A DNA stretch of 40,981 nucleotides from positions 1-40,981 of the IMG/VR virus record IMGVR_UViG_3300032212_000051. One strand, given 5' to 3'. This DNA comes from a virus. Lineage: Duplodnaviria > Caudoviricetes. The notes beneath the pieces are model-generated. The model did no database searches, was not told where the DNA came from, and worked only from the letters and a program-made list of their open reading frames with translations. Positions 18,659 through 27,019 of the stretch are shown here, piece after piece (position 1 is the first letter of the stretch; every line of letters starts with the position of its first letter). Made by a program: the position numbers and the translations under genes.

Positions 18659-19284
18659 AACATGGCCTCATATTGCTTTAAAAAACTTTCGGCCAGTGCC
18701 GACGGTGTACCGTTTTTAGGCGTCGACGAATATTTGCTCGGACCTAGCTGAACCGGCAACGATGACGAGGACGCTGCGAGATCAGTCATCGCAAACGCCA
18801 GCGCTCGCAGTAATAACAAATCGCGATCACTATCGTCGACCGTGGTTAATGCCGCCTGAGAATTGATCTCATGTTTTGCCGAATAGTAATAAATATACTC
18901 AGCACCTAAATCGGCAATCTGTGCCGCTGTCGGTGCCGGGGTTAAACGCAACTTTTTACCCGCTGGTACAATAATTAATTTAAGCGTCGGTAATCGATCA
19001 GGATAATTACTGTTCCATGGCAGGCGAGTTTTAGTTTCTTGTTTACCCCAATCCGAATACATCGGTTTAACCAGGTCCGCTGGTATTTCGTAATCAAACT
19101 GACCAGCTATTAATGACAGCGTGTCGCTTTTTTGCAGAGGTTTGTCGCGGCTCAAAGCTCTCGCCGCCATATTCAATAAACGAATAAAGTCGTTAAGCCC
19201 GTCCTTTTTAAAATGTTCGACAGATTTACCCAGCATCGATTTTAAATCGTGTGATAAATCCGCTTTGCTCATCGACCCGGCCAT
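18655..19284 (-). CDS. Putative head-tail adaptor
   Basis: Position; LIAGQFDYEIPAD and LRLTPAP resemble adaptor/stabiliser families. Confidence 0.55.
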   Translation of the reverse strand: MAGSMSKADLSHDLKSMLGKSVEHFKKDGLNDFIRLLNMAARALSRDKPLQKSDTLSLIAGQFDYEIPADLVKPMYSDWGKQETKTRLPWNSNYPDRLPTLKLIIVPAGKKLRLTPAPTAAQIADLGAEYIYYYSAKHEINSQAALTTVDDSDRDLLLLRALAFAMTDLAASSSSLPVQLGPSKYSSTPKNGTPSALAESFLKQYEAML

Positions 19285-19604
19285 TAGTGCGTCACCACAA
19301 AAACAATAACGCCAGTTATGACAGATAGGCCAGCAGAGAAAACAACATATAGAATTTTGCTACCAAGACTTAATTTTGTATCAGCGCTTGATTGTCCGGT
19401 ACGCATTATTCGAATTTGTTTCTCATGGTCATTTAATCGACGTTCATGAGCAGATACATGCGATTCGAGTTTTTTAATATTGCCGTCAATCTTAACTAGC
19501 TCAATGAGTGAACTGGCAACTGATTTAACATCACCTTTTAACTCGATAACATCGTCTTTTATATCGTCAACTTTTTGATTAATGACCTCAACCGAGTTAG
19601 TCAT
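19284..19604 (-). CDS. Coiled-coil protein with a C-terminal TM helix (holin/XhlA-like candidate)
   Basis: Heptad region followed by ILYVVFSAGLSVITGVIVFVV. Confidence 0.55.
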   Translation of the reverse strand: MTNSVEVINQKVDDIKDDVIELKGDVKSVASSLIELVKIDGNIKKLESHVSAHERRLNDHEKQIRIMRTGQSSADTKLSLGSKILYVVFSAGLSVITGVIVFVVTH

Positions 19605-19630
19605 AATTCACCAGAGTTAAATTCTTTCCG

Positions 19631-19665
19631 AAAAAACCGGCATCGAAATCGAGGCCGGTTTTTTT
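19631..19665. terminator. Bidirectional intrinsic terminator
   Basis: A6-CCGGC...GCCGG-T7. Confidence 0.8.
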
Positions 19666-19688
19666 AACTTTGCAAACATCAATCTCGA

Positions 19689-20297
19689 TTATTCTATTGA
19701 ATCACGTTCTTTGATAACTGCATTGATGGCATCGACATAGGCCGGTTGATCAGCGTACTGATCGAGAAACGCCTTCAGTGTTTCATCAGGAAAATCAGAC
19801 AGCGATTGAGCAAACGCTTTTAATGCTTGGTTACGATCATCGATTTCCTTTTCGATCGCAGCACTAGCGCCGGCGTCATTCATGTGCACGACAGCCAGCT
19901 CACCCAGCTCCTCGATCGACTTATCAAATAATGACACGGCAAACGAATCCAGGTCGGTTTTTTCGATGTCATCAGCAGCGCGTTTAATCAGTTCATCGTT
20001 AAACGACTTAACCAGGCTTTCACGATTCTTACCGCTCATTTCCATCGATTTAAGTTCGTTAAGGTCATCAGTACTAAAACCGCTGATCATTTTCTGAATG
20101 TCTTTAACATTCATTTTTATTACATCAACCAGGACGATCACGGCATTATCAGTAGCGCCGCCGTTATTCTTTTTTAACTTAAAATAGTCAGGGTGATCAC
20201 GCTCGTCGATCATACGAGTCTCGCCAGGTGCAATTGTTTTCGGACCACAATGCGCCACGTTTTTAGATTTGTTGGTAAATGGAATTTTTTTCGACAT
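19689..20297 (-). CDS. Head-associated hypothetical protein
   Basis: Follows the capsid gene; MNVKDI...LKSMEMSGKNRESLV resembles a HeH/LEM-like motif. Confidence 0.55.
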   Translation of the reverse strand: MSKKIPFTNKSKNVAHCGPKTIAPGETRMIDERDHPDYFKLKKNNGGATDNAVIVLVDVIKMNVKDIQKMISGFSTDDLNELKSMEMSGKNRESLVKSFNDELIKRAADDIEKTDLDSFAVSLFDKSIEELGELAVVHMNDAGASAAIEKEIDDRNQALKAFAQSLSDFPDETLKAFLDQYADQPAYVDAINAVIKERDSIE

Positions 20298-20326
20298 TAT
20301 TTTTCTCGCTTTATAGTTAGGTGTTT

Positions 20327-20351
20327 AAAATGCCCCCGGTTTCCCGGGGGC
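20327..20351 (-). terminator. Hairpin/terminator after the capsid gene
   Basis: GCCCCCGG-GAAA-CCGGGGGC then ATTTT on the minus strand. Confidence 0.6.
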
Positions 20352-20370
20352 GGGACCACAATTAACTCAG

Positions 20371-22941
20371 TTAGCGATTAGTAAAGCTGTAAACGATCAC
20401 CGAGGTCATGCGATCAGCCAGTGCGCTCGGCACTTTAATCGCACTAAACTCAGTACCGTAGGCCTGCAGCTGACCGGTCGGGTTACCGCTTCCATCAACA
20501 GCCTCGAAAGGCTCTTTCGTCATAAACGGTTTTGCAATCGTATAAGCACAGGTGCCAGCCTGGCCCATCAAGATACGCTCATCACCCAGGTCGACCGAGG
20601 GCGCGTTCGTACTAAATGACGAAACACCTTTGACCGTTTCAAGATCACCAGTGTTCGACGTGTCAGAGCCGTTACGTTTAGAATCAGCTTCAAAATTATT
20701 TGCATTTGTGCAGGTATCATTTAAGACCGGGCTCATCAGCAAATAATCAGGTGAAACAAAACGATCGCCTTGCATTAAGGCTTTACGCGCACCGATTGCA
20801 CGCAATAAACCATTGAGGTGCACACCGAGTTCGGTTGAACCGATATCGAGGTCAAAGTGCGCCACGTTAGACGCGTAGTCGTAACTGATATCGGTTGCAC
20901 CTACGCCGTCGGCTGGCGTCACCGGCGAGCCTGTTTGATCAACAAACTGCACATAACCGAGGTTGTAATTCGTCACGCGGTAATAAGTACCGGCTGATTG
21001 CGTGCCGGTGCCATCGTATTCCCCGATCGCTGCACCATCGATCTGAACCGTGATCGGGTTACTCACCGAGCCGATATTCGTGCCTTTAAGGTCTTTTTCC
21101 TGGTGAGGACGCACAATAGGGAAAGACGCCGTTTTATAAACGCTAACCGTAGTACCGTCTAGCTGTGGTTTCATGTCCTCAGCCGTTACAGTCAACGCAC
21201 CAAACGAGTCCGCCATGCGCTGCATTTCATTACAAATTCGGCGCACAATCAGCTCACGAATAAAGCGAGCATTCGATTCAACGTTGCGAGAGTATGCATT
21301 CCAGTCGATACCTGAGGCCGCACTAAAATGCATGACTTCCTCGGAAATCAAAAACGCAATTTTCATCGGCTTGATATAAGCAAGATCCATTTCCTGCTTA
21401 ATGCTACCGCGGTGAATGCCCTGGCCCTCAAACACGACGCCATCATTCTGGATCGACGAAATATCTCGCGTCTCATACGGGATCTGTGTGGTCGCTGTCG
21501 CACCGGGATCAGTTAACGTTTGCACCAGTTCCAGTACACGCAAATCAGACAGCGCCTCGCGAATTACCGTGCGCTGAAAACCGACAGGCAAACTCGAATC
21601 GCCGATCCCTGTGGTGCCACCGGCCAGCGCTTTAGACTCGGCCAGTAATTTTGGCATGTGAATCGCGTCGAAATTGGCCAGCACACTATCAACAAATGCT
21701 GAGCTTTTTTCAGACAGTTTTAATTTGCCGTTAGTGTGCTGACTGGTACCTCGTAAACCCGTCAGGATATGCTCTTGTAACGATTTAACGTTATTGGTTT
21801 CATCGACAGAAACCTGAACCGAGCCGCCTGGCGCATTAAAACCTAAACCAGAAAGCTGTTTAGTTGCCGAGAGGCGGTTGCCGATAACGATCTGATTCTC
21901 GGCCAGCTTGGTCACCTGCGCATCGCTCATATCAGCGGTGATCAGGTCTGCAGCCTGTTTAAGATCGCTAATTTCCTGCTCACTTAATGTTTTAAGAGAT
22001 TCGGCATTATCAATCGCGTCATTGAAGATTTTTAATTTCGCATCACGACTGTCCGCCAGCTTTTTCGCCGCTTCTTTTTCAGCCGCTTCCCGTTCAGCCA
22101 GAATTTTATTCAAGCCATCCTCATCGATACCACCCGGCGCACTCACGGATAATTGAATCGTAGAATTTGCACCAGCCTCTGCCAGCTGTTTCACCAGGGC
22201 CTCACCCTGTTCGATATAACCCTCCATTAAAGAGCGGCGCATATCATCAGTTGCCAGGTCGGTCGCGACTTGTTTGAACGAGTCACAAAGCTGAATCACC
22301 AGTTTTTCGGCCAGTGTCAGCGATAATAGTTTTTTCTTTAATTCGGCGAGTAATTTGTCCATTGTTTTCATGTCCTCTGACAATAAACGAGCGACCTTAC
22401 CGCTGATATAGACCGGCGGGTCGTCGTCGTGATATTCGGAAAGTTGAATCGGGTCCAGGTGTTTGATAACAGGTCGGGGCGTGAGACCGGCACCGAGTAA
22501 GGTCGGGCCATGTGACAGGCGTTTTTCATTATCGACAAAATTCTCATTGAATTCGGCCGACACATAAATAAAGCCTTTCTTTTTGATTGCATCCGTGCCG
22601 TACTCGGTCAACTCGACCTCAGCCCTCAGCTTGTGACCACGTTCGACAAACAGGCGCTTAATAAAACCGGCGGCACCGTTAGCGGGTTTGTGAGACACAT
22701 CCAGCACGATCCGCTGGCCGTACACATTAGAATCAAAATTCGTCACCATGCTTAAAAGCATGTCTTTGGTGATCTCAAACTCACCATAACGCGGGTCGTA
22801 AAATTTACCGGTACGAGTCACGGTTAAAGTAACCGATTTATTTTCCGCCAGTGATCTCGCATCCACGCGATCACAAACCAGTCGTCGAATGTCCTGGTGC
22901 TCTCCAGCTTCCAGGGAAAAGACACGCGCTATTTTTTTCAA
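20371..22941 (-). CDS. Mu-like prohead protease + scaffold + major capsid protein fusion
   Basis: N-terminal LDVSH..AAG, YVSAEF and LLGAGLTPRP (Mu gpI-like); central coiled coil; C-terminal capsid-sized region; no other capsid candidate in the genome. Confidence 0.8.
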   Translation of the reverse strand: MKKIARVFSLEAGEHQDIRRLVCDRVDARSLAENKSVTLTVTRTGKFYDPRYGEFEITKDMLLSMVTNFDSNVYGQRIVLDVSHKPANGAAGFIKRLFVERGHKLRAEVELTEYGTDAIKKKGFIYVSAEFNENFVDNEKRLSHGPTLLGAGLTPRPVIKHLDPIQLSEYHDDDPPVYISGKVARLLSEDMKTMDKLLAELKKKLLSLTLAEKLVIQLCDSFKQVATDLATDDMRRSLMEGYIEQGEALVKQLAEAGANSTIQLSVSAPGGIDEDGLNKILAEREAAEKEAAKKLADSRDAKLKIFNDAIDNAESLKTLSEQEISDLKQAADLITADMSDAQVTKLAENQIVIGNRLSATKQLSGLGFNAPGGSVQVSVDETNNVKSLQEHILTGLRGTSQHTNGKLKLSEKSSAFVDSVLANFDAIHMPKLLAESKALAGGTTGIGDSSLPVGFQRTVIREALSDLRVLELVQTLTDPGATATTQIPYETRDISSIQNDGVVFEGQGIHRGSIKQEMDLAYIKPMKIAFLISEEVMHFSAASGIDWNAYSRNVESNARFIRELIVRRICNEMQRMADSFGALTVTAEDMKPQLDGTTVSVYKTASFPIVRPHQEKDLKGTNIGSVSNPITVQIDGAAIGEYDGTGTQSAGTYYRVTNYNLGYVQFVDQTGSPVTPADGVGATDISYDYASNVAHFDLDIGSTELGVHLNGLLRAIGARKALMQGDRFVSPDYLLMSPVLNDTCTNANNFEADSKRNGSDTSNTGDLETVKGVSSFSTNAPSVDLGDERILMGQAGTCAYTIAKPFMTKEPFEAVDGSGNPTGQLQAYGTEFSAIKVPSALADRMTSVIVYSFTNR

Positions 22942-22982
22942 AACCTAAACTCCGTATCAGCCTAAGCTGACCTTTTTCAGTG

Positions 22983-23020
22983 TGTTCAGGTTATAAAAAA
23001 AATAGCGACAAAATGGGGGC
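22983..23020 (-). promoter_or_regulatory. Late promoter motif, copy upstream of the capsid gene
   Basis: Minus strand GCCCCCATTTTGTCGCTA-T8-A-TAACCT-GAACA; 36/38 identical to 24355-24392. Confidence 0.8.
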
Positions 23021-23038
23021 CAAGCTCTTAAAGCTTAG

Positions 23039-23356
23039 TTATGCATAAACATATCGGGAAACGTCGACAGATTTCAGGGTTTTATCGGCACCGAAATCGC
23101 CGCTCAGTTTTAACAGGTATTCACCCTCGACAGAAAACTCGGTACCATCGGTTATATATTCAATATATTCGAAAGCGACCAGCGGGTGATCGGGATCCTC
23201 GACTGCAACGTTACCGACAGAAATTCCGCTATTAACAACAGTCACACCACCATCGGGATCGGTTATCTGTAAAGAAAAAGCCGTTGCGGCGCTCAGATCA
23301 TAAGCGGCATTGACACGCAGAGTTTTGCCTTTTTCACCAGCAACAAGAGACGACAA
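23039..23356 (-). CDS. Small Ig/BppU-like beta protein
   Basis: DLSAAT...ITDPDG...EYITDGTEFSVEGEY pattern. Confidence 0.5.
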   Translation of the reverse strand: MSSLVAGEKGKTLRVNAAYDLSAATAFSLQITDPDGGVTVVNSGISVGNVAVEDPDHPLVAFEYIEYITDGTEFSVEGEYLLKLSGDFGADKTLKSVDVSRYVYA

Positions 23357-23362
23357 AACGAA

Positions 23363-23584
23363 TTATTCCTGTTCAGGTTTTGTTTTTGTAACTTCACTGA
23401 CATTACCGCATTTAGGGCATTCAATTTCGTGCTGTTTGCCATCTTCTGGTAATTCATCAATGAGATTATTGAGCACATAACCGCAACCAGTGCGCCGGGT
23501 TTTGCCAACCAGGTCCGGGCTCGGGGCGGTTTCTTTATTATAAACGCCGTTATTTTTACCACGGCAACTATATTTTAAATTCAT
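23363..23584 (-). CDS. Small zinc-ribbon protein
   Basis: C...C...CPKC; ATGA overlap. Confidence 0.55.
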   Translation of the reverse strand: MNLKYSCRGKNNGVYNKETAPSPDLVGKTRRTGCGYVLNNLIDELPEDGKQHEIECPKCGNVSEVTKTKPEQE

Positions 23585-24327
23585 ACGGTCGTTCCCTTAA
23601 GCTCGGTTGTGTAACTCGATTTAATCGACGCCGCGCCAGCACCGCGAGTTAATTCGATCCAGACACCGATCGCCTCGTTTACTGCGAGAGTGCCACCCGG
23701 TACATTGACCTCGACACTATCATCGACAAAGGTCACGCCGCCCGGTGCCGTTTTACGATCGGCCACCGATACAGTATCGTCTTTAGTTGCAGCCAGGCCG
23801 ATCCGAATCGACGCAGACGGATCCGCGGTCAGCGTCACGATGGCATCATTTAACGTTAAAGACTCGGCTGACTCATTACGGAAAAACTCTTTTTCATATC
23901 GAATAGTTTGAGCAGCTTCACTAGCGGCGCCAATAAATAATGATGAGGCATTAGTCATGCCGATCGGGATAATCACGACATCATCATTCGGGCCGGTGTT
24001 TCGCTCGACCGTAACATTACCGGCGGCAACGGCTGATAAAACCGCTTTAATCACACGCTCAAAGGTCACCGCTCCCGCCGCCGCTGTAGTACCTGTCAGG
24101 GCAATTACATCGGTAACGATTTCGCCGGCGACGTTTCGACCGGTGATCGTGACGGTTTGCGTCGTGTCACCGACATTATCAGACACCACGCGAATCACAT
24201 CATTCGCCGCGATTTGCGTCATATCCAGGACGCAGTTAGCATCACGCGCCCCGCCAGCGGCCGAAACATCATCCTCAGGCCGGCTCGCTGATCCGTATTT
24301 TTTAAGCTCACTCTGTAAAATACTCAT
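23581..24327 (-). CDS. Putative virion decoration protein
   Basis: Ala/Thr/Val-rich beta protein directly behind a late promoter. Confidence 0.55.
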   Translation of the reverse strand: MSILQSELKKYGSASRPEDDVSAAGGARDANCVLDMTQIAANDVIRVVSDNVGDTTQTVTITGRNVAGEIVTDVIALTGTTAAAGAVTFERVIKAVLSAVAAGNVTVERNTGPNDDVVIIPIGMTNASSLFIGAASEAAQTIRYEKEFFRNESAESLTLNDAIVTLTADPSASIRIGLAATKDDTVSVADRKTAPGGVTFVDDSVEVNVPGGTLAVNEAIGVWIELTRGAGAASIKSSYTTELKGTTV

Positions 24328-24354
24328 GTTTTTCCCGTGTGCTGTTTTCCAATA

Positions 24355-24392
24355 TGTTCAGGTTATAAAAAAAACTGCGACAAAATGGGGGC
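24355..24392 (-). promoter_or_regulatory. Late promoter motif, second copy
   Basis: Minus strand GCCCCCATTTTGTCGCAG-T8-A-TAACCT-GAACA. Confidence 0.8.
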
Positions 24393-26053
24393 TAATGATA
24401 AATAATTACCGAGTCCGTCAGTTTTGCATCGACCTGGACAATATCATTCAGGTGCATTTCAAAGTATTCATAATTCGGCAACGAGCTCACACCAAAATAT
24501 TCGAACGACACCGAGCTCACCGACTCGATCAGTTTTAGCGCCTCATAATTAACCTGGTAGTTATTATCTGTCGACTGCAATATTTCCAGCGCTGCAGGAC
24601 CAGAAACCACCAATAAACTCGAGGTCTCAAGCAAACCGTCAGCCGTTTTTGATAATCCCTGCAGTACCGACACCGGCGCCGATCGATCAACATCAACCCC
24701 CTGTAAGATCTCTAAAATTGAGCTCACAGAATTTGACACTGCGACCAGGCTCGACTCGACTGAGTAAATAGCAGTGTTATTAGCGGCAACAGCTTGCAAC
24801 GACTCAAACTCAGCACTCTGCACCTGGTTAACCGGTGACAGCTGTTCAATGACCGCGCTGAATGACGAATTAATATTCTTATCAATATTGATCGAACTAG
24901 ATCGGCCTGCCATTACCTCGGATAATAATTCAAACTGAACAGAATCAGTTTTATTTATTATCGATGAAACTGAAACCTGACTAGAAAAAAAGTTACTTAC
25001 AGACTGATCAACATCAAACGTGCTGACAATTGAACGGCCAACAGGAATTCCAGTAGCCCCGATTTCATCGGCACCAATATCGCAAGTAAGCCCCGATCTT
25101 GCATCGCCATCTGGGTCCGCCGCTAAAACATAACTTCCAAACGTGGAATTAGTCGGTCCTGCGCCAGCATCGACCAGCTCGCTCTCACCCGTTGAATCAA
25201 TATGCCAGTCTGTTGCACTAACGAAAGTAACTGTGGCGGCTTGCACACCATTAGTCTCATTACTGTTAAGCGTGTTATCAGAATCAGCATTAAAGTCGTG
25301 AATGATTCGGCCTGTATGCCATGATGGGTGACCGAAATCAGTTGTATTATTCACCGCTAGATTATTGGCAAAATAAGCCGTCGCTGCACCACCGATATAA
25401 GCATACCCATACACCCCGACAACGTTGCCGGTGATAGTATTATTCGTGACATACAAATTTGGATCATTTATTAACAATCCGTAATTTCCAGAATTGGCAA
25501 GTACATTATTTTGTATATAGATATTAGATGTTGCAGGCTGGCCATTTCCAATACTAATAGCATTTCCAACCATCCCCTCGATAATACAATTCGTTATGTG
25601 AGAGGTTAATGATGTTGAGCCTTCATAGTTAATACCTATGCAGTCATTTAGATTACCGTTCTGAATCTGAACTTTATCGACGTTAACATCACAATCAATT
25701 TCAATTGAACCATCATAATCGTCATTAGCATCTATTGAATAATAATTAACAGTATCAAGTCGAAGGGGATCTATCTCGCCAATAATTTGAATAATATTGT
25801 CGTTAGCTGCGTCGGTTGTCCATTCTGTCGATGCATAAGTGGCTCGACTGGTGTCGACCGTACCCGTCCCGGCATTAGCACAATTAAGAATATATTTTTC
25901 ATCTGTACCCGTGCCTAACGTTATATCTTTAGCCTCATTAGTTATGAATGAAGCTTGAGAAACATACGCCGCATTGACACCACTGAGCTCACCGGTTGTA
26001 CCATTACCACCCGATGAATCTGGATTAACGTTTCTAATGACCGGTGTTGCCAT
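24392..26053 (-). CDS. Right-handed beta-helix (pectin lyase-like) protein with a C-terminal repetitive stalk
   Basis: ITNCII, IQNNVL, VTNNTITGN and FANNL repeats; DPDGDAR...DIGADE; Ser/Val-rich repeats. Confidence 0.7.
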   Translation of the reverse strand: MATPVIRNVNPDSSGGNGTTGELSGVNAAYVSQASFITNEAKDITLGTGTDEKYILNCANAGTGTVDTSRATYASTEWTTDAANDNIIQIIGEIDPLRLDTVNYYSIDANDDYDGSIEIDCDVNVDKVQIQNGNLNDCIGINYEGSTSLTSHITNCIIEGMVGNAISIGNGQPATSNIYIQNNVLANSGNYGLLINDPNLYVTNNTITGNVVGVYGYAYIGGAATAYFANNLAVNNTTDFGHPSWHTGRIIHDFNADSDNTLNSNETNGVQAATVTFVSATDWHIDSTGESELVDAGAGPTNSTFGSYVLAADPDGDARSGLTCDIGADEIGATGIPVGRSIVSTFDVDQSVSNFFSSQVSVSSIINKTDSVQFELLSEVMAGRSSSINIDKNINSSFSAVIEQLSPVNQVQSAEFESLQAVAANNTAIYSVESSLVAVSNSVSSILEILQGVDVDRSAPVSVLQGLSKTADGLLETSSLLVVSGPAALEILQSTDNNYQVNYEALKLIESVSSVSFEYFGVSSLPNYEYFEMHLNDIVQVDAKLTDSVIIYH

Positions 26054-26514
26054 TAAAAGTCCTCTAGAGTTGCGATACGATCCTGCATTTTATGGCGCAT
26101 TGATTCTAAAAATAAATCCCAGCCTAAATTAATATAACGATCATTAATTAATGTATTCCTACGTGGTACCGGTAAATTAGAGAATCGAATACCGAAACGG
26201 CGATCCTTAACCCTGATTGGTGGATTAGAAACAATCGTCACCTCAGCCCTTAAACACAAATTACGAAAACGACGAACCTGGATTGAGTCTGGAATACCTC
26301 TAACAATGATCCAGCCAGTTCTCGGCATTGGTACGGGTAAATTCTTAGGAATAAAAGAGCCGTCTGGTTGTCTGGTCGCAATTTGCCTAGCAGGTAAAAC
26401 GGTGACAATATCACCGCGCTCGATACCGATACCGTTATCATCTAAATAACCATCGATTACCGTTTCTAAAGCTCTTGCATAAGGCATTAACCGTACCCCT
26501 TTGGAAAGAAACAA
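26053..26514 (-). CDS. Hypothetical basic protein (likely start near 26487)
   Basis: TAATG overlaps on both sides. Confidence 0.55.
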   Translation of the reverse strand: MFLSKGVRLMPYARALETVIDGYLDDNGIGIERGDIVTVLPARQIATRQPDGSFIPKNLPVPMPRTGWIIVRGIPDSIQVRRFRNLCLRAEVTIVSNPPIRVKDRRFGIRFSNLPVPRRNTLINDRYINLGWDLFLESMRHKMQDRIATLEDF

Positions 26515-26849
26515 CCAACGACAGGCTCGCCCTCGATTGATATAACGGTGTGCTTCTTACCGGCCGGGATAATACAACTTCCCAGGTTGCCCAGTAGTTT
26601 TGGTTCTTCTCCTTCAATTTCAACCATCGCCACACCGCCGCCACAAATTGCAATATGATCAAACTCATGCTCATGACCGTGAAAAATAATACCCGCAGTA
26701 TTGGCAGAGTGAGACACCATCACCATTTCATCATCAAAATAACTAGCGCAAACGTCGGCCTTAACTATTGGTATTGGCAACGATTCATCATCAGAGCCGT
26801 GATAAAATAGCCTAATATCCTTTTTTAAAATATCGCTAAGTGATTTCAT
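26487..26849 (-). CDS. Cupin-like protein
   Basis: HEHEFDH...G...IIPAGKKHTV. Confidence 0.7.
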   Translation of the reverse strand: MKSLSDILKKDIRLFYHGSDDESLPIPIVKADVCASYFDDEMVMVSHSANTAGIIFHGHEHEFDHIAICGGGVAMVEIEGEEPKLLGNLGSCIIPAGKKHTVISIEGEPVVGCFFPKGYG

Positions 26850-26854
26850 TATTT

Positions 26855-27019
26855 CTAAACCTTTAAGGTCTCAAGATACTGTTTTGCAACAGTAAGCTCG
26901 CCTTTTACTGTTTGGTTTTCCTGATCCATTTTTTCGAGTTCATCAATCCATTGCTCACACGTTTTTTTATCGTATTGATAGCCGGCTGGCGGATCGATAA
27001 TTATCGGTACATTATTCAT
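26855..27019 (-). CDS. 54-aa protein missing from the ORF track; candidate immunity partner of the MuF extension
   Basis: MNNVPIIIDPPAGYQYDKKTCEQWIDELEKMDQENQTVKGELTVAKQYLETLKV; ATGA overlap with the MuF stop. Confidence 0.6.
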   Translation of the reverse strand: MNNVPIIIDPPAGYQYDKKTCEQWIDELEKMDQENQTVKGELTVAKQYLETLKV

